DNA of 64,000 nucleotides from Candidatus Nanohaloarchaea archaeon (GTDB lineage Archaea; Nanohalarchaeota; Nanosalinia; Nanosalinales; Nanosalinaceae). The notes under the pieces were generated by a model. That model was not told the DNA's origin. It saw only the letters and a list, made by a program, of their open reading frames with translations, and made no database searches. Of the stretch, positions 1 through 9,799 are shown piece by piece. The position numbers and the translations under genes were made by a program. Where the stretch lies: NCBI GenBank assembly GCA_042218075.1, contig JBDGRK010000018.1, positions 32,001-96,000 on the forward strand, written 5' to 3'. How positions within the stretch are numbered: the stretch's first letter is position 1; every line of letters begins with the position of its first letter.

Positions 1-176
1 GGAGTTATAATAACATCTCATGGGCTGGTAAGGAAATTTGACAGTCAACCAACTGTGCGTTCTACCTCCGGACCATACATCTGATTACACTTCTTGTAAC
101 TCAGCGAGTTCGGTTTCAATACTACTTCCAGCAGCCCGGTATCGGATTGATAAAGATTCTTGCACACGAATTCCTT

Positions 177-584
177 ATGGCTGTAAAACTCTGGATGGTT
201 TTCGAAGCTTTAGGACCGACCAAAGAAGCAGTTGAGGAATCCATGGCGGATCATGTGGAAACGCTTGGAGAGGACGAAGGTGTGAAAGTTGTGGAGAGGG
301 AAGAGGGTCAGACGGAAGAGATGGAGGACCCGCATCCAAACATGGAGAAGGGATACTCGAAGGTTGTGGAGCTGAAGGCGGAGTTCGACTCTTTCTCGCT
401 GGCGATAGATACAGTTATCAACTACGGTCCCACCTATGTGCAGTTCGAGCAGCCGGAAACTTACAATCTTGATCTAAAGGAGGCGCAGGAGACCCTCCAG
501 TCGGTGGCAAACATGATGCACAAGTACGCCCAGATGGGAGCCGGCGGCGTGGTGGTTTCCAGAGAGACTGATGAGAGCCCTTAA
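177..584 (+). CDS. Conserved hypothetical protein
   Basis: Acidic ORF; ATG at 177 preferred over the track's TTG at 147. Confidence 0.6.
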   Translation: MAVKLWMVFEALGPTKEAVEESMADHVETLGEDEGVKVVEREEGQTEEMEDPHPNMEKGYSKVVELKAEFDSFSLAIDTVINYGPTYVQFEQPETYNLDLKEAQETLQSVANMMHKYAQMGAGGVVVSRETDESP

Positions 585-603
585 GCATATAATTCTGTAG
601 AAA

Positions 604-1494
604 ATGATGATTTCCATGAGGAAGATTCTGCCGGTTTTTCTGGCGATTTTACTGATCTATGGGGCTGCCGCCACGAGTATAGAGTCCGAGAAAATGGTCA
701 TGGACCTTGAGGACTCAAAGGCGAGTGTGAGGGTGGAAATCTCGGAACTTACCTCCTCCAACTTCCACTACATCACCGGCGCAGACGTGAAATCGGTGAA
801 GTCTTCAAATCCCGGGATGTCCTGCAGGGTGGAGTCACAGTCGATAGGAGATGAGATAATCTGCGAGACAGACAGGAAGAGAAATTTCAGCGTGGAGCTC
901 TCCTTTAAGTTCGAGGATATAGTCGATAAAAATGGAGAAAAAAACGTATTCAAGTATACGCATCCGATCTACAGGCCTACCGATAGGTTCAGGCTGAAGG
1001 TGATACTGCCTGAGGGCTCCGGCCTGATGAACGATGAGAACATCTCGAGATCCATATCTCCGGCAAAGGGAAATATAGGTAGCACGGGGAGGAGGATATT
1101 TGTGGAATGGGATCAGAAGCCGAGAATCGGAGAAACACTGAGCTACGAGGTCAGGTACGAGGAGTTCAAGACCAGGGGTAACGGGCTGAGAATCCTGGCC
1201 GCACTGTTACTCGTCCTGATTATCGCGCCACTAGTCTATCTTTACTGGAAGAGGCTTAATAGGGAGGAGATCGAGAAACTCTACTCAGAGCTTTCAGATG
1301 ACCAGATGAAGATAGTGGAGATGCTGAGGGAAAACGATGGAGAGATGCTCCAGAAGGAAGTGGTTTCGGAATCAGATTACTCGAAGGCGAAGATATCGGG
1401 CCTGGTATCCGATCTTGTCGAAGAGGATATCGTGATAAAGGAGAAAGATGGAAGGAGCAACAAGCTGAAGATTTCAAGCAGCTTCAGCTACTGA
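604..1494 (+). CDS. Membrane protein with C-terminal winged helix-turn-helix
   Basis: Signal peptide, one TM helix, C-terminal MLQKEVVSESDYSKAKISGLVSDL wHTH. Confidence 0.7.
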   Translation: MMISMRKILPVFLAILLIYGAAATSIESEKMVMDLEDSKASVRVEISELTSSNFHYITGADVKSVKSSNPGMSCRVESQSIGDEIICETDRKRNFSVELSFKFEDIVDKNGEKNVFKYTHPIYRPTDRFRLKVILPEGSGLMNDENISRSISPAKGNIGSTGRRIFVEWDQKPRIGETLSYEVRYEEFKTRGNGLRILAALLLVLIIAPLVYLYWKRLNREEIEKLYSELSDDQMKIVEMLRENDGEMLQKEVVSESDYSKAKISGLVSDLVEEDIVIKEKDGRSNKLKISSSFSY

Positions 1495-1769
1495 TCCGAT
1501 ACCGTGACCGGATACAGCGTGCTTCCACTCTCGTCAATCTTCCTGCAGACACATCTCAGTCTGGAGGATTCGTTAACTTTTTCTGAAAGATTGACCTCAA
1601 GAACTCCAGGCGGATAACAACCGATAGATCCGTTAAACTTCTGCTGCTGTCTCGCCTCATCCTCGATCGAGCTGCAGTAGGAGGATCCTGAACTAACCAG
1701 ATTTTGACCCAAGAAACCTGCCCCGAAACCGATAAAGGCCAGAGCAGCCAGAGCAACTTGTTTCTTCAT
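1488..1769 (-). CDS. Small membrane-anchored hypothetical protein
   Basis: N-terminal hydrophobic segment, four Cys; ATGA overlap with upstream gene. Confidence 0.55.
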   Translation of the reverse strand: MKKQVALAALAFIGFGAGFLGQNLVSSGSSYCSSIEDEARQQQKFNGSIGCYPPGVLEVNLSEKVNESSRLRCVCRKIDESGSTLYPVTVSDQ

Positions 1770-2407
1770 TCTATCACACTCCTGAGCCTCTTTAGTGAGA
1801 CATATTCCCTGAAAGTCCTGTTTCCATTCACAACTACTGTAGGTCCATCAGTTACGTTGAAATCCTGCTTCAGTATCTCCATCACGGTGGAGTTTTTCGT
1901 ATCCAGGTTGTAGCTGAAAATGTAGGTTTCATTGTCTACCTCTTCCCTGTACTCCGTGAGAACCGTTCCCTGCCTCTGTGACTGGATTGATTCGTCGAAG
2001 AAGAAAAATATCGTGGTGGTGCTTGCGTTGCACCTTTTGTTGTACCCCTGTATTGTATTGTATAGCCTCAGCTGGTTCACATAGTATTCCTCCTTCAGCA
2101 GCTTGTATCTCGCCCTGTTGCTGACGCTCTTGCTCGAGAAAGACTGTAGATCCCGCCCTATCTGTGCGTTTTTCTCCGCGATGTCGGGGATCTGCCTCGA
2201 CACAACCTCGCAGTAGTTTTTGCTGGATTCGGAGAGATATTTTTCCGTCACCACGAAGGTCTGGGATCTGAGGCTTGATTCCTCAAGCTGCTGCTGTATG
2301 AAATCAGTTCTCATGTCGTCTGCCTGTAGCCCGGCCAGCAGACCAACCAGTAGTATGAGCAGGGTTATACTTCCTGCCTTCAGCATCGATTTCTTGACTA
2401 GTTCCAT
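1766..2407 (-). CDS. Membrane-anchored hypothetical protein, possible thioredoxin-like C-terminus
   Basis: N-terminal TM; C-terminal FNVTDGPTVVVNG resembles the Trx cis-Pro loop; no CxxC. Confidence 0.55.
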   Translation of the reverse strand: MELVKKSMLKAGSITLLILLVGLLAGLQADDMRTDFIQQQLEESSLRSQTFVVTEKYLSESSKNYCEVVSRQIPDIAEKNAQIGRDLQSFSSKSVSNRARYKLLKEEYYVNQLRLYNTIQGYNKRCNASTTTIFFFFDESIQSQRQGTVLTEYREEVDNETYIFSYNLDTKNSTVMEILKQDFNVTDGPTVVVNGNRTFREYVSLKRLRSVIE

Positions 2408-3621
2408 ACTCGTTTACTTCGAAGCATCTCTTTTATAATCGCTGATAGAGTGAAGAAACCCTGGATCGCGAAGAACCAGAGGAAGTAAACCATTACCGCC
2501 AGCGGATTTCTAACTTTCTTTCCTCCCGCCCTGTAAGCAGTCCTGATCATTACAGCCGAGATCACCATCCCGATCAGGAGAGGAACGTATATCTTGAACT
2601 GGAGTCCCAGTAAAATCCTGGATAGACTCATTGCCTCCAGGCTGGGAAGCTGAAACCCGACAGCGGAATAGCTTACAGCCATATTGAAGATGGATTCACC
2701 GAACCCGAATATTACAAGAACTAGTGAGGCTGAGGCCAGAAGGGGTGAGATAACGTGTACAGGTAGCTGCCACCTGCCGAACCATCCATAATCTGAGTCC
2801 AGGAACATCTCCCTGTGCTTTATCGAGTTAACTATAGATCCTCTCTTCCATCGGACTCTCTGCCTGTAAAGGTCTCGAAAGCTCTCCGGGAACTCCGTCC
2901 TGGACTCGGCAGAGTACACCATTTCAAGGTTCCTGCCAAGTTTCCTGAGCCTCCATGCCATCTCGAGGTCTTCAGTAGGATTGCCCTCGTCGAAGCCTCC
3001 AACCTTTTCAAGGTCGGAGGTCCTGTAGAGGGAGAAAGCGCCGGGTGTAACGTCCAGTGTCTCGATCGAGGACATCAGGTTCCTGTAGAAGTTGGTCATC
3101 TGGTACTGGACTCTCTGTAGCTTCCTGACGAAGGTATCGGATTCAAAGTTCTGTATCGCTCCTATAACCGCTCCGAGCTCCGGATCGTGCTGGAATTTCC
3201 TCAACCCTTTTCTCAGAAGATTGGAATGGATCACAGTATCCGCGTCCTGCACAACCGCGTACTCAGAGTCTATCTCTTCAAGTCCCCTGTTCAGTGCCTG
3301 CGCCTTTCCTTCATTTTTCTCCTTCTCGATTATCTCAAGTCTTTCACTCTCCTCGAAGCTTCTAGCCTTTTCAAGAGTTGAGTCAGTCGATCCATCATCT
3401 ATCATTAACACTTTAAGCGGCGAGTAATCGATTTCCAGTGCGCTCTCCAGCGCATCCTCGATAGTCTTCTCCTCGTTGTAAGCCGGTATAAGTATTGAAA
3501 CTGATGGATATGAATCCAGTTCCGGTAAACTCCCCTGCTGCCTGTTCATGAAAATATTCAGGTAGAAAAGCGCAAGGAAAGTTGCCCCGCCTATCAGCAG
3601 CCATGCAAGAAGAAAGAACAT
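2398..3621 (-). CDS. Processive family 2 glycosyltransferase
   Basis: ILIPAYNEE, QDAD, TED and QRVRW motifs plus TM helices. Confidence 0.9.
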   Translation of the reverse strand: MFFLLAWLLIGGATFLALFYLNIFMNRQQGSLPELDSYPSVSILIPAYNEEKTIEDALESALEIDYSPLKVLMIDDGSTDSTLEKARSFEESERLEIIEKEKNEGKAQALNRGLEEIDSEYAVVQDADTVIHSNLLRKGLRKFQHDPELGAVIGAIQNFESDTFVRKLQRVQYQMTNFYRNLMSSIETLDVTPGAFSLYRTSDLEKVGGFDEGNPTEDLEMAWRLRKLGRNLEMVYSAESRTEFPESFRDLYRQRVRWKRGSIVNSIKHREMFLDSDYGWFGRWQLPVHVISPLLASASLVLVIFGFGESIFNMAVSYSAVGFQLPSLEAMSLSRILLGLQFKIYVPLLIGMVISAVMIRTAYRAGGKKVRNPLAVMVYFLWFFAIQGFFTLSAIIKEMLRSKRVWN

Positions 3622-3700
3622 TTTTTTGCACCACTGGAAAATCTTTGATCCCTCTATTTTTTATCATGTTGGTACAGTAGAGCGCATGATGTGAACTAGA

Positions 3701-4858
3701 TCAGCTGTTCTTCATAATCTCTCTAAGGAAAACCGTGGCGTAGGCTCCCTTCGGAAGATCGAACTTTACGGTCATCATGTTCTTGTTCATGTTGAGATTG
3801 TCGTCTCCGATGTCAAGTACCTCAAAGTTCCGGAAGTCTGCGAACGCCCTCCTGTAACTCCCCTCCGACCTCAGTTCCGGGAAGTCCTGAAGCCTGAAAT
3901 CTTCCTGGTCGACCCCCTCCTCCTCAAGCACTTCTTCTATCAGGTTCTCCGGCTTCTCATCCTTCAGCTCAGTCTTGTAACCTACGAGAGGGATCTCGTA
4001 CTTTGGATCAAACCAATCTTCTTCGATCAGCTGCGAAAGCACCCGGTTGTAGACCCATGCCTGGTATGCGTGGATGAAAAGCTGCTGGAGGCCGTCCGGA
4101 AGTCTCTTCAGAGCACCCCTGTAGTCTTCTTCATTCTTTGTCAGGTGGTACAGCAGTGCTTTCTCATACCTGTACTGCTTCGGAAACTTCTCAGCCGCGT
4201 CTTCTACTTCCCTGGTGTCCCAGAGCTCCTGCCTTATCTTCCTTATGCTCTTGTACTCCTGGTCGTATGGCTTCGCGATGTAGGTCCAGACCGCTTCCTC
4301 GAACTCTCCCCTCAGAATGTGTCTTCCGACCTGGTGGGTTATCGGTCGCGAGGAACCGAACCTCTGCCGCCCGAAGTAATTTGGAAACTTTCCCTCAAGC
4401 TCATCCACGATTTTCAGTGTCCTGTCCCTGAGGTCCTCTATAGGCAGAGCCAGCTGCCTGACATTTATCTCGAACCTGTTCGCGTTCAGGTTGCCAAGTC
4501 CGATGTAACCGTTCCTGCCGACGACTTCAAGCTCAAACTCGTCTGTAAAAATCTGGTTGACATCCTCTTGGGAAACTCCCTGTATCGAGATGTACTGCTC
4601 CGTCACCGCTCTCTTATCCTTGTTGCCGGCGTAGCCGATCCTGTCCTTCGAGATGTGTAGCATGTTGGAGAGCTTGTCTATCCCCTCCATCGTGGTCATG
4701 TTCTGCTTCCTCAGTTTCACTATCAGGTGATCGCCTTCTTCGTCCGTCTGATGTGAAGCCAGTTCTGTGACTATGAAGTCGTTTACCTGTTCCTTTATCT
4801 CTCCCTTAATTCCCGGGAGTTCAGTGTAATAGTTCCAGTCCATTATCCTGTTTTCCAT
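3701..4858 (-). CDS. truD: tRNA pseudouridine(13) synthase TruD
   Basis: YAGNKDKRAVTEQ, FPNYFGRQRFG, FDLPKGAYAT; start could be 4858 or 4843. Confidence 0.92.
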   Translation of the reverse strand: MENRIMDWNYYTELPGIKGEIKEQVNDFIVTELASHQTDEEGDHLIVKLRKQNMTTMEGIDKLSNMLHISKDRIGYAGNKDKRAVTEQYISIQGVSQEDVNQIFTDEFELEVVGRNGYIGLGNLNANRFEINVRQLALPIEDLRDRTLKIVDELEGKFPNYFGRQRFGSSRPITHQVGRHILRGEFEEAVWTYIAKPYDQEYKSIRKIRQELWDTREVEDAAEKFPKQYRYEKALLYHLTKNEEDYRGALKRLPDGLQQLFIHAYQAWVYNRVLSQLIEEDWFDPKYEIPLVGYKTELKDEKPENLIEEVLEEEGVDQEDFRLQDFPELRSEGSYRRAFADFRNFEVLDIGDDNLNMNKNMMTVKFDLPKGAYATVFLREIMKNS

Positions 4859-4904
4859 CGTTCCACCCTGAAATATTGCAACCCAACTTTTGAAACACCC
4901 CGGG

Positions 4905-5252
4905 TCACTCCAGTAGCTGGAGTTCACCGGTGATTTGATCTATTTTTCCCGATTTTGCCGGCCCTATCGCCACCGCCGTTTTACTTCCCTCGTCGATTTC
5001 CGTCCTGCCCGCGTCCCTGACCTTATGAGCGGATAAATTGTTTCTCTCGGCCTCGGCATATAAATCTTCCATATCTCTGCCACCCGAAGAGAGTACTACT
5101 TTCGGAGAACCCTTTACCTCCCACTCCGATTTCACATCTTCGGAAACTTTTTCAACAGCCTTGAGGGAAGCATGGGCTACCTGAGCTGCAGTCTTCCCTC
5201 TTGACATGTTCAGCCGGGAATTCACCACAATAACCTGTTTGATATCTGACAT
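4905..5252 (-). CDS. pth2: Peptidyl-tRNA hydrolase Pth2
   Basis: MSRGKTAAQVAHA, VRDAGRTEI and TAVAIGP motifs. Confidence 0.93.
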   Translation of the reverse strand: MSDIKQVIVVNSRLNMSRGKTAAQVAHASLKAVEKVSEDVKSEWEVKGSPKVVLSSGGRDMEDLYAEAERNNLSAHKVRDAGRTEIDEGSKTAVAIGPAKSGKIDQITGELQLLE

Positions 5253-5330
5253 TTATCTGCCCTATTACATAATAACTCATGAAGTTTTTAATACTTATTG
5301 GTGACAACGGAAATTAACCTTTTTCTGAAA

Positions 5331-5444
5331 TGGGTTCGCCCGGATTCGAACCGGGGATCTTCGCCTTGTAAGGGCGACGTCATGATCCGGATCAGAACTC
5401 GTCTCTTAGACTGATACCCGGATAACCAACTAGACCACGAACCC
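5331..5444 (-). tRNA. tRNA-Val(TAC) with 40-nt D-loop intron (5382-5421)
   Basis: GGGTTCG/CGAACCC acceptor, TCGCC-CTTACAA-GGCGA anticodon arm; splice motif GGTT-AT^C...GATC-AT^G. Confidence 0.92.
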
Positions 5445-6419
5445 AAAGTTTGGTATACTAAAGTCGTCTTCTACTGAATTTTTAATGATTTCCGACCCCG
5501 CTGCTGGTAACCTATCATTTTCCATGTAGAAGATATACCTTTTAATATTACGAGAATTACTGCTTCCTATTTCTCGATAGAAATCTCGTATATTTTCATA
5601 ACCATAAGCCTGAAACTTATTATTTGAGAGTTTTAATGGTAAATCCAATATTTTAATTGCTTCAATCAAGAATTCACGGATCGAAGAATTCATTGATGTT
5701 ATATCAGCCATAATTTCTGAGTTAGGATGCGAGTATATTCCTCCATCGGTATCAAACAACCCTCTAACAACACTGCCAACCAGCCCGCTATTATAAAGAA
5801 CTTCAGGTATTCTAAATTCGGCCTCCTTCTTTTCACCCTTTACAAATCCGGAATTAATCAAAAATTCTGCAACTTTACGGCTATTAATTATAAGTCTAAC
5901 CACATTTTCACCTTCACTAAAATAGAATTTAGGCTCGATATCAAAAATTGAGCGGCATAGATCGGCTAAATACCCTAAATATTCTTCATCCAGGTCTGAA
6001 TTACCCGAAATACAGACTGTATTCATATCGGAATATATACAACCATCCCCTAAAAGAGCACCATAGAACTCCGCCAATTCTGGACTCCATGTTTCAGGTA
6101 TCTCTCCTCTTCTATTTGATATTTTCCCTCCCTTTCTCTGCCCATGCCAAGTTTGTTTGAACTCTTTTTCTACATTTTCCCCAGTTATTTTTTCTAATCT
6201 TCTAACAATAGATAGCGGTAAAGAATCAGATTCTTTCCTCCAAGTTCTCCTTACTGTATATTCGGATACACCAAATTCTTCTCCAAACTCTTTCCAAGTA
6301 CATTCTTTTGCTTTCTTGGCTTCATTAATTAGACTTCTAATTTGTTTTTGGTTATCAAAAAAGACTCTTTGTTCTCTAAAACGGCCATCAGTCGTTCTAT
6401 TCGCTTTTACATCATTCAT
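5430..6419 (-). mobile_element. Free-standing LAGLIDADG homing endonuclease-like gene with N-terminal HTH
   Basis: Motifs LAEFYGALLGDGCI and VVRGLFDTDGGI; visibly AT-rich; stop codon lies inside tRNA-Val. Confidence 0.85.
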
Positions 6420-6455
6420 AAAGTAAACTAATGTTTAAAAATATTATATTTCTTG

Positions 6456-8309
6456 CTAGATCTCTTCTCCCAGGATAGGGTCGAAAACCTTCTCTCCCCT
6501 CGAATAATAGGGATAGTATACAATCCTTTCCGGCTCGATTCCCAGATCCTCCGGTTGCATCTCGATCTCTATCATTTTATCTTTCTCAACTTTCTCAGAA
6601 TCTATACTCCTGTCAAATACCGTTTCAACCGGTTCGTTATCCTCGTCGATCCTCTGCTTCTGCTTCAGCGAATCAAAAACTGACGTCACCTTAGAAATAT
6701 TTAAGTCGAGCTCATCCATCACTCCGCTCTTATCTCTTCCTTCCGATAATAATTCCAGTACCTGTTGCTCCGTTCCCTCCGCTCTTTCGACCTCCGCCTT
6801 TTTCCCTCCCTTTACCGCATCGTAGAGAATTCTCTTTTTACCTCCATCAACCTCGTAAAGTGGATAATAGGCTTGATCGTATTTCTCACCCTTCCTTGAT
6901 TCCAGCTCCTCCAGCGATATCCCGGGTTCGAACACGAACACATCCTTCCTCTCAGAGTAGTTCTCCGCTGTCTGTGTCTCACCTCCATGTTTCGACCTCC
7001 TGATTCTAACGTCGGTCATTACAGGGTACTCGTTGCCTAGAAGAAAACAGACTCCGGGAGGCAGGGACTTGATCATTGATTCAACCTCGGATGTCACGCC
7101 CTCGAAAGATTTGGAAATCGCCTTAAGGTCGTTCGGGTTGGTAACGCGGAGTATAAACTGGGTGTTGCACTGGCTGAGCACGTTTTTATCAATTCTCGCC
7201 GGCCTCTGGGAGATGACTCCAAGGCCGAGGCCGAACTTCCTTCCCTCCGAGGCAATCTTCCTCAGTATCTTGTTGCTCAGTGCCTGTTCAAAACCTTTCT
7301 CAGGCGCAAAGTTGTGGGCTTCCTCAATCACCATCAAGAAGGGGGGTATCCTATCTTTCTTCCTCAGCTCAAACATCCTCTTCGCCAGGAGGAACATCGC
7401 CATCTCCGCGGTTTCCGGCTCCACCGCCTTCAGGTTTACGACCGTGGCCTCCCCCGGCTCCAGCAGATCCTGAAGTTCGATCGCATCTTCGGAGAAAAGC
7501 CCGGAGTTCTCCATCTGCTCCATCGAATTAAGCAGGTTCCACTTGGCCGTCGATTCTTCATGGGAAACCGCCTCCATGATATCCTTCAGGCTGTAATCCT
7601 CATCCTTCTCTCTCAACCTCTTCAGCGAGTTGTATAGAACCCCCATCTGTGAATTCGTCAGGGATTCCGGTATTACTTCCAGGAGCTCCTTTTTCCCCAT
7701 GTTCTTGGAAGAAAAAGACAGTTTCAGAGCCTCTCTATTGATATCAGTGTTTGGCGAGTACTCTGTGATTTCATATCCCTTCGGATCCTCGCTATCCGGG
7801 TTAGGTTCCCTCAGCGATGAATACTCTCCATGCGGATCGATCACCATCACCGGGAGATCCTTCTCCAGCATTTCTTCGATCAAGACCCCTGTGAGATACG
7901 ATTTCCCGGCTCCGGTCTGTGCCAGCACTGCAAAGTGCTTGTAGAAATCCTCCCTGTTGACATGTATGTCAATTTCTCCGTTGGTCTCCAGGTGTCCGAT
8001 CCTCAGGCCTTCATCTTCCAGCCCAAGCGTATCTGAAATCAGTTCCTGGTCAGCCGCGTAGACTATCGATCCCGGCTCAATTACTCGCCTCGGAGCCTTT
8101 GTCAGTCCCTTGTCCCTATAACCGATTATATTGGCATCCGCGAGGGTTTCGCCGTCCGGCTTCTTGGTCACCTGCTCGACCTGGGCCAGTATCCAGTTAT
8201 CGTCGCTCTTCACCGAGACAAAGTCGAACTTCTTCACCTCTTCAGTCGCCCTGAAGGAGAAACTCGACGTATCTACATCTCCCTCAATCGTTCCCAGCTG
8301 CATAGGCAA
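6456..8309 (-). CDS. HerA/DUF87-family ATPase
   Basis: HAS-barrel-like N-terminus, Walker A AQTGAGKS, IDPHGEY, IEEAHNF, EGRKFG, ISQRP. Confidence 0.88.
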   Translation of the reverse strand: MPMQLGTIEGDVDTSSFSFRATEEVKKFDFVSVKSDDNWILAQVEQVTKKPDGETLADANIIGYRDKGLTKAPRRVIEPGSIVYAADQELISDTLGLEDEGLRIGHLETNGEIDIHVNREDFYKHFAVLAQTGAGKSYLTGVLIEEMLEKDLPVMVIDPHGEYSSLREPNPDSEDPKGYEITEYSPNTDINREALKLSFSSKNMGKKELLEVIPESLTNSQMGVLYNSLKRLREKDEDYSLKDIMEAVSHEESTAKWNLLNSMEQMENSGLFSEDAIELQDLLEPGEATVVNLKAVEPETAEMAMFLLAKRMFELRKKDRIPPFLMVIEEAHNFAPEKGFEQALSNKILRKIASEGRKFGLGLGVISQRPARIDKNVLSQCNTQFILRVTNPNDLKAISKSFEGVTSEVESMIKSLPPGVCFLLGNEYPVMTDVRIRRSKHGGETQTAENYSERKDVFVFEPGISLEELESRKGEKYDQAYYPLYEVDGGKKRILYDAVKGGKKAEVERAEGTEQQVLELLSEGRDKSGVMDELDLNISKVTSVFDSLKQKQRIDEDNEPVETVFDRSIDSEKVEKDKMIEIEMQPEDLGIEPERIVYYPYYSRGEKVFDPILGEEI

Positions 8310-8365
8310 AGATTTCCGGTGGAAGATTCATAAATTAAGCTGCAGGATTGCGATAATTTAAGAAG

Positions 8366-8827
8366 GTGAAGCACGACAGGAACTTCATGGAGGCGGAAAT
8401 CAGCGAGGGTCTGAGGCACAACCTGATCTATCTGGGTATAATTCTGGTAATGATAGCAGGATTCGCCGCTACCAAGAACCTTGTAACTCCGGAAGAACCG
8501 GTGAAGGTCGGTTACACTGAAGTCCACACTGACTGTGTAGGGATGGATGCGGGCTTCTGCCTGGGGATGCAGAAGAGGGATCACGTAACCTACAACTACG
8601 ATAATTATACAGAAGTTAAGCCAGGGACTGAAAACTTTTACAGGCGGGTAGAGTCGGAACTGATGATCAGAGCCTACAATACCTGCGATCACTCCATGTC
8701 GGGAATGGAATGGACCTCGGAAGTAAGCTACAGGAACAGGACAGCATCAGAGTGGATGCAGAGCCCTAATGTGCAGCTGCTTCCATGCGAGAAGACTTTC
8801 TACAGGAATCTGACAGCCTCGAGATGA
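8366..8827 (+). CDS. Membrane-anchored hypothetical protein
   Basis: One TM helix and several Cys; start uncertain. Confidence 0.55.
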   Translation: MKHDRNFMEAEISEGLRHNLIYLGIILVMIAGFAATKNLVTPEEPVKVGYTEVHTDCVGMDAGFCLGMQKRDHVTYNYDNYTEVKPGTENFYRRVESELMIRAYNTCDHSMSGMEWTSEVSYRNRTASEWMQSPNVQLLPCEKTFYRNLTASR

Positions 8828-8873
8828 TTTCTTTAAAAATTTTCCTGCTTCATAAGCTTTCAAGGTGCAAAAA

Positions 8874-9365
8874 ATGAACGAGGGAGAATACGTGGAGAGA
8901 ACATTTGTCGCTATCAAACCGGACGCTGTGAAGAGAGGATTGATTGGAGAAATCGTATCAGTGTTAGAGGACGCCGGCTTCAAGATAATGGGTATGAAGA
9001 TGGTCCAGGCTACAGACCAACTTCTGGAGCAGCACTACGCTGAACACGTTGACAAGCCTTTCTACGAGGGACTCGCTGAATACATGAAACAGGGGCCGAT
9101 AGTTGCGATGGTTCTTGAAGGCGTTCACGCACAGGAGAACCTCAGGAAGATCGTGGGAGATACTTCCAACCGGGAGGCGCATCCCGCCACCATCAGGGGA
9201 AGGTTCGCCCACATGTCGATGGAGCACGCTGACGCGGAGGGGAAGAAATACAAGAATATTATACACGCTGCTGAATCTGGAGAAGCGGAGCGCGAGATAG
9301 AGATCTGGTTCGAGGAAGAAGAACTACACGACTACCAAACGGTTCACGAGACAGAAGTACAGTAA
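8874..9365 (+). CDS. ndk: Nucleoside diphosphate kinase
   Basis: ERTFVAIKPDAVKRGLIGEI and NIIHA motifs. Confidence 0.95.
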   Translation: MNEGEYVERTFVAIKPDAVKRGLIGEIVSVLEDAGFKIMGMKMVQATDQLLEQHYAEHVDKPFYEGLAEYMKQGPIVAMVLEGVHAQENLRKIVGDTSNREAHPATIRGRFAHMSMEHADAEGKKYKNIIHAAESGEAEREIEIWFEEEELHDYQTVHETEVQ

Positions 9366-9370
9366 ATAAA

Positions 9371-9481
9371 AAGCGACGGATGATGAGCCCTGCGGGCAAC
9401 TGCAGCGGCAGTTGGCAGCGCTGACCGGCCATGCCGGTCATATGTGAACTGGCAGCAGTTCTTTGAGTGCTGACGTCGCTT
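9371..9481 (+). ncRNA. Candidate structured RNA closed by a box C/D (K-turn) motif
   Basis: 8-bp terminal stem AAGCGACG/CGTCGCTT, ATGATGA at 9380-9386, CTGA at 9470-9473, four internal hairpins. Confidence 0.5.
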
Positions 9482-9494
9482 AAAATCTGTCTTC

Positions 9495-9787
9495 TTAATC
9501 CCGATCTATCTCCTTACCCACTATTTCTTCCTCAAGATCAATCGCTGTCTGTATGAGATAGTCTCCAAGTTCACGTCCTCTTCCCTCCGGTAAATCTCTC
9601 TCGCTGAAGAGACGTTCAAACTCCTCTTTAACCTCTTCCTCCCTTTCCCTATCGATAATATCCATGTCGTTCTGATGCTTGTACTCCGCTACTTTGACCA
9701 CCAGCTCCATCTTTCATCCACGATATCGACGATTTCTTCGTTAAGTTCGTCAAGATCCTCCCTTATCTGATCCAGGTCTAAACTCAT
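9495..9787 (-). pseudogene. Chorismate mutase-like gene split by a 1-nt frameshift
   Basis: MSLDLDQIREDLDELNEEIVDIVDER (9787-9710) continues as MELVVKVAEYK...IIDREREEEV in the -1 frame. Confidence 0.65.
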
Positions 9788-9799
9788 TTTTCTCCTCCT

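Noticed and set aside
3413-3667. ORF overlapping the GT2 start at an A7 run (possible phase variation)
   Set aside because: GT2 is complete from ATG 3621 with a GTGGTG SD-like sequence; no shift is needed.
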